Below are positions 1 to 10,700 of a stretch of 64,000 nucleotides of DNA, one piece after another. A program made the translations under genes and the position numbers. A model generated the notes under the pieces. That model made no database searches and was not told where the DNA came from. It saw only the letters and a list, made by a program, of their open reading frames with translations. Numbering within the stretch: the stretch's first letter is position 1; the number at the start of each line of letters is the position of its first letter. The DNA comes from Squalus acanthias (lineage: Eukaryota), in the NCBI GenBank assembly GCA_030390025.1, contig CM059431.1, positions 127,040,001-127,104,000 on the forward strand, in the 5' to 3' direction.

Positions 1-929
1 AGAACCATAATATTACCATAACTGTCATACAATGAATACATTTTCAATTATTACGATTTCAAACTCAGTTTGAACTCAGGAAAAACTCTGTTAATAGATT
101 AAAAAATGAGTTATGAAATATATATAATGAACAGTTGTGCCACTTTTCAGTTTTCGATTTTAGCTCTGATGTTGGAGCAACCTTGTGCCAGCTCCAGTAC
201 AAAAAACAGATTCAGCACAGTTCCTCGGAAACTGATGTGCAACATGGTGTCATGACAATACATAGAAACAAGTCTATCCACTTACTAGCACAAGTCTAAC
301 CCTCATCCCTGCCCGCACCTCATCTCTCCAGGTCAGTGCACTATTCCTGGTAGACTTCAGTGTGTGTGGCTGTTATGTGTCTGCACATGCAGTGGCTCTC
401 TGGGCATTGCATAAAACCTGATGGTGTGAGATGGTTTACTCCTATGACTACAAGATAGGTGGCATTGTTCAATGCCACTTCATTAGAGTTGTGCCCTAAG
501 GTGGCCTTCATATAACAGCAGCATAAATCACTTTTCATTCTTAACATAGTCAGTAAAATTTTAAATAAAACACTAAATAAAAAGGTTTCAAAAATCTGTG
601 GGACACGATGCTAGCTGTTACACAGTGATTGCGCCTGCCAGTGCCATCCAGTGTTGACCCCACTAGGAGCTGTGGGATCAGCAGGAGGGTACTTCATTTG
701 GATGGGGCCAATGGGTGCCCACAACTATTATGGGTGCATCTCCATTGCCCACCTGCCCCATACAGCTGAAAAATCTGGTGCCATCCTGCCTTTGAGAAGT
801 TGAGTGTTGCCCAGGCACTCTTCCAAGACAATCTTCCATCAGCCCCCTGTCATTTCCCAACTGAGCCAGGGAAGCAGAAACTCCTGGAGTACGAAGTCCC
901 TGCCCCCAGCTTAACACCCAGGTCTGCGC

Positions 930-1053
930 TGTTGGCGCCATTTACCTTATAACAACAGTGACTCCACTTCAAAAGTACTTCATTGGCTGTAAAGCGCTTT
1001 GAGATGTCCGGTGGTCGTGAAAGGCGCTATATAAATGCAAGTCTTCTTCTTTC
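930..1053 (+). mobile_element. 3' end of a Deu-type SINE (SacSINE1/AmnSINE-like, L2-derived tail)
   Basis: ACAACAGTGACTCCACTTCAAAAGTACTTCATTGGCTGTAAAGCGCTTT...GAAAGGCGCTATATAAATGCAAGTCTTCTT. A related decayed tail lies at ~1600-1710, and the same terminus ends the L2 at ~39120. Confidence 0.6.
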
Positions 1054-3662
1054 TTATAAGGGGTGGGTGAAGGTTTCACATCTTTCAAGGCTGGTTGTAA
1101 AATCCCAGAAAGAGCAGAAATCCAGTACAACCGTGTCCCTGCTGTTTTCTGACGGGTTCTGCAGGCATTGTAGCAGGGATCCAGTGTAACAGCCGTGGAT
1201 TTTCAGGTTCAGTGTTTAACAAAAATCATCGACATTAGCTCAGTATATAGCGCAATCTTTCATATAGTCAAGTTAATACATCGTTAATTAACACATTAAC
1301 TGACGTGAGGCCCAATATTCTGCAGGTTATCTTTCCCAGCATAAGTACCAGGATGCAACCTTCGGTGATTTCTGGCACTGACCCTGCCAAAGCGGTACCT
1401 CCTGGCCCGATAGCTCCCACCCCTAGCCATGCCCCAAACAAGGCCCCACAGAAACTGGTGGGGTAGGCTGGGACTTGGAACGGCTGTGGATTCTCAGCCC
1501 CATGCTCTCTAGCAGATGCTCATTTCCTCCAAATTGTCAAATGAAAACAGATTAGCTGGTAATTCATCTGATTTGTTGCTTCTGGGATCTTGCTGTGAGA
1601 AAAATTGGCTGCTGCAGTTGCCTAGATAACAAGATTTAATTAATTGTTTGCAAGCACTTTGGAACATAATGAGGACATGAAAAGGTGCTACATAAATGCA
1701 AGTTCTTTCATATATGCCTCTCCGCAAATCCTCCTTTCCATCTCTCTTCCATCTTGATGGTACATCTACTGGCTCTCCTAAAGAGTAAAGTGACCTTTTG
1801 CTCACTCTTTCTCCTCTAGTTCCAATCCTGACAATTTTCTGTTTGATTTATTATGATGACATCAGAAGAGCCATTTTCAAAGTTTGTACTTCTCGTGGCT
1901 AGCCTTACTTGCCAGAAGGGAATATTAGAAATTGGGGCATGGTCAGTACATTTTAAATTATTTATATTATATAGTGCCCAAATTTTCCATATGTGCTTCT
2001 GACAGGCAAGGCTCTCTGCTGGAAGAACAAAGTTGGAAAAATACTCTTCAAGTGTTATCTTAGCAGGCCTGTTGGATTCTCTGTTCTCTGGATGCCAGTA
2101 AGTTCCCTGGTCCTGATGGAATCCCCTATCATCTTCAAATTGTGTATTTCCAAACTTAACCGTGTCCAATGCTGTCTCTTCAATTTTTCTTCGCTGAAAT
2201 CTGTTCATGTTCATCCTATCCTTAAGGAAGTAAATCATTCTTCCCCATCCAACTATCACTTAATTATTTTTATAATGGTACTTTCTGGAATTTGCTGTTA
2301 TTTCTCAAATTGCCCTACACTTTGAAAGTTCGGGCTTAGTCCATGATCAGTAATTGTTTTTTTCCGTTGGTTATCTTGTTTTCAATGTTACACACCTCTG
2401 GAACTCAGCCCTTGAACTCTTTAGTAAATCATTTGTCATTGCCTTCAACTTCTCCAAGGGCACAGCATCTGGCATCATGGACTTCTAAAAAAGTTACCAT
2501 TGCATGACCTCACAACAAATGCATGCTCTTGACTATCCAGTTTCCCCATAATTCATGCCATGAGCACCATTAGTGGCTCATCCTTTCATTCTTTTCCCAT
2601 TAAATCAGGGGATCTTCAGTGCTCTGTCTACTTTGTACCTTCTGTATATCAAGTAGATTCTCCCCTCATCAATTAATAATATTAAAACATTTTGCTGATG
2701 ATTCCACTATATATTCAACAATTTGCTTCAGATTGCTCAGCTCAGTGGACACAACCTCCATTCCTATCAGCAAACAATGGTTGAATCACCACTCGGTGAA
2801 TTCCACCTTGACAAAAATTGGCAGTTTGCTGATATTATGTAGATGAGGTCAAACCTTGAAATGGTTCTGGTGCCACCATAGCAGAAACCCACCACCTGTC
2901 TAATTAACGACAAAGTTGAAAATTGCGCCCCTCAGTCTCTTCATGTCTCTCACAAGCCTAGCCCAAGTTACCCATTCTTACAATTGATAGCATTGCCTTT
3001 AGTACTTCTTTATATATCAATAATCTTGGCATCCCGACCTCCTATTATCTTCAATGGAACTCTCACATCCAATCCTTTGCTAATATTGCCATCAAAAAGC
3101 TAAGTTTCCTGTTTCACGCCAAACATTTGCTTTCCCTTCAACAATTTCCCTCTATAAAGCCTGATTTTAATAACCATAAATTCAATGAAGATGCATTTTT
3201 CAATGTTGCTAAATTGGTTAGGATCTATACAGAAGAGGCCATGAAAAAAATACTTTGTTTTATCTCTGCACTGACACAAAACAGATTCATAATTTTTGGG
3301 AATTAAGATATTTGTGGGACTATTGAATTATATATTGATTATAATGTTTATTCTTAGATGATGCAGTTCAAAGAAGGAAAAGGCCTTTGCTGGAGCAATG
3401 ATTCACTCTAACTTTACTCTAACACACTTAAACAGGTCTAAATATTTTTCAAAGTATTGATACAGGTCATTGAGATCAATGCATTTATGGCTGAGAGCAC
3501 AAAGTGTTATACTCCACTTACCAAGGTGTAATTTAAAACGGAGGAAACTCCCGGACACATTGAGTTGTACCCTGTCACGACCTAAAAAGCTGTGCGCAAT
3601 TGTATTCAAATGTTTTCAGTGTTCTTTCAAAAAAATTTAGTCAGAAAAGCATAATAACCTAT

Positions 3663-5440
3663 GGCCGCGATTTCGCCGACCGAGGCGGGTCCAGGGCGGC
3701 CGGGGTCGGTGTCGCGGTCTCAGCCCACTGCCTGCTCCAGCCCGCACTCTCCAAGTGATTTTACGTTAATTGGGCTTGTTAAGCCTGCCCTGCGAGGTTC
3801 CCAGACAATTAAAAGGAAGCTCGTCTGATTACGTCATCTGATGACGCGTCACCAGTCAGTTTCCTTAAAGGGGCCATTTCCAAATTGATTTTGACATTTG
3901 TGCTGTCAGTGTTCTACAGCATTGAGGTGCTGCAAACACTGACAAGCACAGCACAAAGGCATAGGGCTGCACCCAGGCTCTCCCTTGATTCCCTCCATAT
4001 GATCCCTCACAACACGCAGGGAGGTTCTCTTCCCTTCCCATGGGCGGGAGAGACCTCCCCAAGAGATCAACACAGCCTGGTTGCACATTGCACAGGAGGA
4101 CTCAAGCAGAGATGTCATCAGGAGGACCAGGCTGCAGTGGTGCAAACCTTTCAATGATCTCAGTAGATCACGAAACGTTACTGCCAAGCCTCACTCAACC
4201 TCATCCTGCTGTGCCACTCATCACATCCCCATCACTCTGCCTTCCCTACCCTACTCCTGCACATCTTTTCTCACACCAACTTACCTCCACCCAGCCCTTT
4301 CTATCTATAGTATCACTTCACCATTTCACTAACCACCCCTCACACTCACCCTCATCCTACTGCAAGCATACCAACTAACAATACACTCAGGTAGGCACTT
4401 GTGTGTTTTAGCCAATGTTCATGTGAAGTTTCTGGTAATGTGCTGTCAAACATTGAATCCTTTATTTTCAGCACTTTGCGTTCTTAGACAGATTTGTGTG
4501 CACCTTTGGAAGTGGCTTAGTGAGTTGCAGTGAATGGTGAGACATAAGGGTACCTCGCCCGCCCCCCGTGTAATGGTGACAGGTGTGAAAGGAATGGCTT
4601 GGGCATTGTAGGGATGCTTTATAGTGTTGGTGTGGGGTGGTACCAACCTGACACATCATGTGGCAACCAGGGTGTACAGCGTCAAATGAAGTAAATCTGG
4701 CCATGGTGAGGCCATCCCAGGCCTCCCGGGCAGCAATGTGCTCGGGTGTTCATGCCCTGTGTCCTGTACAGCATCAGTTGGTTGCGGAGAAGGTTGGTGT
4801 TGTTGTTGTTGCTGCTGGTGTGCCTGGTGATGCTGGTGTTGGGGCTGATCTTGGTGGGATTCTGAGGACCAAGGTGAGATTTTTTCAAGGGCAATGATGC
4901 TGATGGAATAGATAGCAGGTGAGGTTGAGATGACGGGAGCGGTCTGTCAATATTGGGAGAGGTTATTCCAATGAGGTGGCATTGGATAGAGAGTTGGCTC
5001 CAAACACTGGCAAGCTGCAGAAAGCTCAATATGTCTTCCAAATGCAATAACCAACAGCTTTGAAAGTGAACAGGTGTAGCATGGAATCTTTTATACAACT
5101 TTGGCAGCTGTCAGGTGATGAGATAATTCAATGCTGAATCCATTCACGACATACTGAGCTGACGTGTTCACCGAGCAGCGGGTAACCCGTGGGCGAGCAC
5201 GTAAAATTGAAATGTAGGCTTAAAATAACAGTTAATTGGATGTTAACAACCCATTTAATGGTGTGAATTGCCTCCCCCGCCGCTTGGTGTCAGGTCTGTT
5301 CAGCGCCGACAGACCTGGCACCTGGGAGACTCGCGTGGAGGCGGGCTGACAACGGGTTCACTACCCGCTGTCAATCTTTGCTATTTTTACAGCTGACCCG
5401 CCTCTAAACCTGCCCTCTGAGCACCGGCAAAATTCAGCCC
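3663..5440 (+). mobile_element. Non-autonomous, internally deleted PIF/Harbinger element
   Basis: Ends GGCCGCGATTT...AAATTCAGCCC. Contains a decayed Myb/SANT exon 1 (AAPRLS...SRDVIRRTRLQWCKPFNDL) on + and the transposase 3' end/UTR on - (homologous to 21950-22300). Homologous copies at ~30706-31650 and ~48500-49971. TSD not clean. Confidence 0.75.
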
Positions 5441-6046
5441 ATAAAGTACAAAAGCAAGGAATTTATGATGAACATTTATAAAACACTGCTTCGGCCTCAG
5501 CTGGAGTATTGTGTCCAATTCTGGGCACCGTACTTTAGGAAGGATTTGAAGGCCTTACAGAGGGTTCAGAAAAGAGGTACGAGAATGATTCCAGGGATGA
5601 GGGACTTCAGTTACGTGGATAGACTGAAGAAGCTGGGGTTGTTCTCCTTAGAGCAGAGAAGGTTGAAACGAGATTTGATAGAGTTATTCAAAACCATGAG
5701 AGGTTTAGACAGAGTAGATAGAGAGAAACATTGGCAGAAAGGTCGCGAAGCAGAGGACACAGATTCAAGGTGATTGGCAAAAGAACCAAAGACGACATGA
5801 GGAAAATCTTTTTTACGCAGCGAGTGGTTAGGATCTGGAATGCACTGCCTGACAGGGTGGTGGAGGCAGATTCAATCGTGACTATCAAAATAGAATTGGA
5901 TATGTACCTGAAGGAAAAATATTAGCAGGTCCACAGGGAAAGGGCAGGTGAGTGGGATTAGCTGAAATGTTCTTGCAGAGAGCCAGCATGGGCTCGATAG
6001 GCTGAATGGCCTCCTTCTGTGCTGCAACCATTCTATGATTCTATGC
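5441..6046 (+). mobile_element. CR1 LINE 3' fragment (ORF2 C-terminus and 3' UTR)
   Basis: YKTLLRPQLEYCVQFWAPY and FFTQRVVRIWNALP motifs. Tail GCTGAATGGCCTCCTTCTGTGCTG...TTCTATGATTCTATG. Confidence 0.9.
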
Positions 6047-6217
6047 TTGCTTTTTTGCTCTCTTTTCCATTTGTTTTCTTCGATCACCACCTTCTCAAGC
6101 GCAATTAGGGATGGGCAATCTGTCCCTGCTAGCACAGCAGTAGTGCTATACTATGCGATGGATGCTGTTCTCATTGTAGAGATGAGACAATGGCCCAAAA
6201 TGTGCAGTCAAAATAAT

Positions 6218-6960
6218 GGCCCAAAAATTAGTGCCGCTACGCAAGAGTACGCACTGTGTACTCTCGCGTATTCTGTCTCCAATTGCCGGTTTTCTGCATG
6301 CACTGCGCATGCGCTGAAAACCGGCACTTGGTGATTTCAAAAGGGGGCGCCTCCTAGGTGAACCACGTGCGCGCTACAGGCTGCGCGCACGCAGTGCAAT
6401 TAGTGCTTTGAACGCGCAGGTAAGCATGGAAGATTTTACACATAAAGAAAGGAGGCGTAAGGCCCTCTTTTAACAAGGTAAGTAGTTAATTAAGTATTAT
6501 TTTGAATTTTTTTCAACAGGTATATCTTTTTTAGAGACTTTAAAGAAAGGTAAGTTTATTTTTATAACTTTTAAAAAGATTTTAAATTTTTTCAAAAATT
6601 TAATTTTTTGTTTAAAGTGGTTAATTTATTTAACTATACTTATTTTATTAATGAGATGGCTTTTTTTTTAAATGTAATTGAGGTTTAGCTGTTCTTTTCG
6701 GGGGGTATAGATTCATAGCTTTCACAGCACTTATGTGAAAACTATGAATGAAAGATGGTGTGCTGCCATTGGCTCTAACTGAATCACGTGATCCCACAGC
6801 TCGCACGAATTAACTGCGCCTGTGGGATACGGAAGCCCAGCACAGCTGTTGTCCAGAACATCAAGTTAGTGCGAGCTGGGAATGAAAAAGCCGGCGCGCA
6901 GTGAGATATCGCGGGGAAGCCTTACCCCCGCATGAAGGCTCCCTCACTAATTTTTGGGCA
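6218..6960 (+). mobile_element. Harbinger-type MITE
   Basis: TIRs GGCCCAAAAATTAGTG / CACTAATTTTTGGGCA, 3-bp TSD AAT on both sides. Closely similar copy at 50818-51556. Confidence 0.85.
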
Positions 6961-7019
6961 AATAGCGAGGCTTTATGCGTAAATGCTACAGCAACTTCAG
7001 GCGACAGCACATTATTTTA

Positions 7020-7990
7020 TATTTGTTTATGGGATATGGGCGTCACTGGCAAGGCCCATCCCCAGTTGCCCTTGAGAAGGTGGTGGTGAGCTGCCTTCTT
7101 GAACTGCTGCAGTCCATCTGGTGAAGGTACTCCCACAGTGCTGTTAGGGAGAGATTCCAGGATTTTGACCCAGCGACGATGAAGGAACAGCGATATACTT
7201 CCAAGTCAGGATGGTGTGTGACTTGGAGGGGAACTTGGGAGGTGGTGGTGTTCCCATGCCTGCTGCCCTTGTCCTTTTGGGTGGCAGAGGTCGCGAGTTT
7301 GGGAGGTGCTGCCGAAGAAGCCTTGGTGAGTTGATGTAGTGCATCTTGTAGATGGTACACACTGCAGCCACGGTACGCCAGTGGTGGAGGGAGTGAATGT
7401 TTAAGGTAGTCGATGGGGTGCCAATCAAGTGGGCTGCTTTGACCTGGAGGGTGTCGAGCATCTTGAGTGTTGTTGGAGCTGCACTCATCCAGGCAAGTGG
7501 AGAGTATTCCATCACACTCCTTACTTGTGCCTTGTATATAGTGGAAAGGCTTTGGGCAATCAGGAGGTTAGACACTCGCCGCAGAATACCTAGCCTCTGA
7601 TATGCTCTTGTTGCCACAGTATTTATGTGGCTGGTTCAGTTAAGTTTCTGGTCAATGGTGACCCCCTAGGATGTTGATGGTGGAGGATTCAGCAATGGTA
7701 ATGCCGTTGAATGTCAAGGGGCTGTGGTTAGACTCTCACTTGTTGGAGATAGTCATTGCCTAGCACTTGTGTGGCGTGAATGTTACCTGCCACTTATCAG
7801 CCCAAGCCTGAATGTTGTCCAGGTTTTGTTGCATGCGGGCATGGACTGCTTCATTATCTGAGGAGTTGTGAATGGCACTGAACACTGTGCAGTCATCAGC
7901 AAACATCCCCATTTCTGACTTTATGTTGGAGGGAAGGACATTGATGAAGCAGCTAAAGATGGTTGGGCCTAGGAGACTGCTCCAAGGAAC
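7020..7990 (-). mobile_element. CR1/L2-group LINE 3' fragment (RT C-terminus, MSAAPTTLKKLDTIQDKA family)
   Basis: ORF 7144-7617 YKAQVRSVMEYSPLAW. 3' tail CACCACCTTCTCAAGGGCAA..GGGATGGGC on the minus strand. Confidence 0.85.
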
Positions 7991-8608
7991 AATTGTGTGT
8001 CAGCTCAGTCTATAACCTCATGGACTGGCACATTCCTCAATCCTCCATCTTCATTAAGCCAGGATGTCAGCCCAGATTCAATACACAGAGTATAAAAGCA
8101 TGAAAGGAACAACACGAGGCAAACTTTGGAATGGGGTACCAGGCTAGTGAAGCTACAACATAGGTTTATGCTAAACAGTAAGAGCAGCAGGCTGGACTTA
8201 GATCTAAGCGCACCCACAATTAATGGATCAGAGAAAAGCTCTCTCGCACTATCACATCCAGTCGAGAATGGTGGCAAGACAGCCAAGCAATTAACAGGAG
8301 GAGGAGGCTCCATGAATATCCTCAACCATGGTGGAGCCCAGCATATGAGAGCAAGGGACAAGGCTGAAATGTTTTCAAGCATTTTCAGTCAATCGTCCTG
8401 CGCCAGTCTACCCTCCCTCCGCTCTTCGCTCCTCCAAACAGACTTTCCAGCTGACTGCTTGGAGGCAAGGGCTATCCACTGAAGATGTGGCTCATGACAC
8501 CCTTGAGGAGGCCATGTCATGAGGCCCAGGAGAGATAGAATGAAAGCCACATTTCCAACAGATGCGCCATAGAGCAGACAATAGGCATGCTGAAAATGCA
8601 CTTCAGAT

Positions 8609-10249
8609 TGTAAGGGATTCTGACCCTGCGTGTCTCGCAGCCTGTGAGATTCACGCGGCTCTGTGCAGCCTGTATGTCAGTGCGGGTTTAGGCCTTGTTG
8701 CCTGTTCTGGTCTCCAGCCAGTCTGGGAGCACTAGGCACACCTGTGAGTGGTTCGAATCAGTCGCCCTTACGGTTCTAGACACTGGACTTAGATGCGAGA
8801 GCAGTAATGGAGATGAAACTCATGTAGACTCGGTTGAATGGTACGAAATGGAAAATCTTTATTGCATGATATTTAAGATTACGAAATACATGTCATAAGC
8901 ACAGATTAATGACAGTACAATCTTACAAGCAGTTATATAGCTGATCCTAGGGAAACGAGGAACGAACGACACACCGTAAATAGGGGCACACATTACAAGT
9001 ATCCTTAATACTTAAACCCTCCCCTATCAATATCTGTCCTAGCTAGATTCGTAGGATTTCGAGACTCATGCTCACCACTCGTGATAACTCGGAGAAATTC
9101 CGAATAGCTGATCGGATGTTTTTCACCGCAGCACCCACGTGTCGATCAGGAGGTCTCCTGGTCCCACTTGTTTACTTGCTTCTGCTCCGGCTAGCAGGCT
9201 GGACCGTCTGCTGTGATGAAGATCTGTGTTGGTTGGTTTAACAGGCACAGTCCGAATACAGCCCAGTCAATATCATCTTTGACGATCCGTTCTTGCAAGT
9301 TCAAAGAAGTCTTCCTGGCAAAGAAAACTTGGCTGTTCGACCTACAGGCACGGTCGGAATTTACTGACCGTGGCGATGAGTATGGTCTTCCTCTCTTCTC
9401 ATTTCATCTCATCTCATCTCATCTCATCTCGGGCCTTTGGTTCCGATGCCAGTTACCAACATAGGTCTTCGTTACGCGACACGAGGTAGATCCGAACGGA
9501 TCAGAAAGTTCAACAGTCTTTTTCAAAGAGGCACCAGGCAAGCAGACACAAGACTACGAGTCAAAAACACAGGAGCAGCCACGAGGTTACGAGTCGATCG
9601 GATAAGAGAATAAGAGAAAGATGGACGGTTGGAGCTTGTAATTATAGTACAAAATCTTCCGTTTCCCGCCCAACCTTAATGTCCTTTCTTTTGTTTGGGT
9701 TTGGCGCTCAAATGTCTTGTATGGGTGATCTCCGTTCTTAATGGGTTTCGGGGCTACTCGTAACTGTCTGAGTACCTGTTAATATTTCTCCCATTGTTAA
9801 ATCGGTCGGTGTTCTCCCTGGAGGGGTTTTGGGGCTTCCAAGTGTTTTGTATAACTACCTGCTAACGGCTCTCTCATCGTAGAGTCGTTGGAATTTTACA
9901 TATTAATGTCTTTTGGATGGGCCCTTGATTACTCGGTACAATAGCTTTCATTCGTACCTGGGAGACCGATTTCAGTATTTATGTGTATACTGCAAACCCA
10001 TAATGTCTCGTGTATTATCTTCACTGTGCTGAATCTTAATCGATCTTGCACAAATGTTTATTGGAACGCCATCTTGTCTGCCTGTCGAAAAGTCTAGAAT
10101 GTTCTGTCACGAGGTGCGGCGGCCATTTTACAGGCTGCTTGTGTCCACTTTGAGAAACCTGACAGCATTCTGCTGAAATAAAAGCTGTTTGAACGAGACT
10201 CTGTGTTTTCTCCTTATTAATAAAATCGCGATATATTGCGAATTCTACA
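8609..10249 (-). repeat. 3' LTR (1641 bp)
   Basis: Direct repeat of 20096-21726. Minus strand reads TGTAGAAT...CCCTTACA. AATAAA at 8863-8858; (ATCTC)n tract at ~9400-9430. Confidence 0.95.
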
Positions 10250-10261
10250 GTCCCTCCTGTT
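10250..10261 (-). promoter_or_regulatory. Polypurine tract
   Basis: Minus strand AACAGGAGGGAC immediately precedes the TG of the 3' LTR. Confidence 0.7.
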
Positions 10262-10700
10262 GATGCGAATAACTCCGCTTATCGTATCAAAAATCATAGT
10301 GGTGAGCAATATTATCTCGATTTCTCTCCGAATCCAGCAAATTAATCCCATACCTTTAACCTAAATAGGGTCTCTGTGTCGTCCTTATTTCCCAAGAAAA
10401 TTACATTTTATATCACCGTGGGCCTTTATTTGCCCTTAAACTTACACCACTTGTTTTCCTTCCCGGCGTAACCAGGCCGACGCCTCTCGTATCACCTGTA
10501 TATTCATCTCTTTATTCAGGGAAAGGAAAAACAAAACCCAAATCCAAACAATCATCTTTAACTACAACACCATCACCAAAATAATCAACACCAACTCTTA
10601 AACATGTCGAGTTCCAAACGTATTTACAGTCTTTGAAAATCATGATCGAGTACAAACTTCCGCGGCGCACGTGGCGAGCGGGAGTGACGCCATTTTCCGA

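Noticed and set aside
1816..2325. 147-aa and 110-aa ORFs
   Set aside because: Probably a decayed LINE remnant and its antisense; no supportable product.
3521..3581. Possible ~60-bp minus-strand host exon (TTTTTAG|...|GTAAG)
   Set aside because: The translations are unrecognisable and the segment is isolated; splice-like motifs arise by chance.
9213..9464. 83-aa antisense ORF present identically in both LTRs (also 20690-20941)
   Set aside because: The identity simply reflects LTR duplication. It runs through an (ATCTC)n tract and has no recognisable motif.
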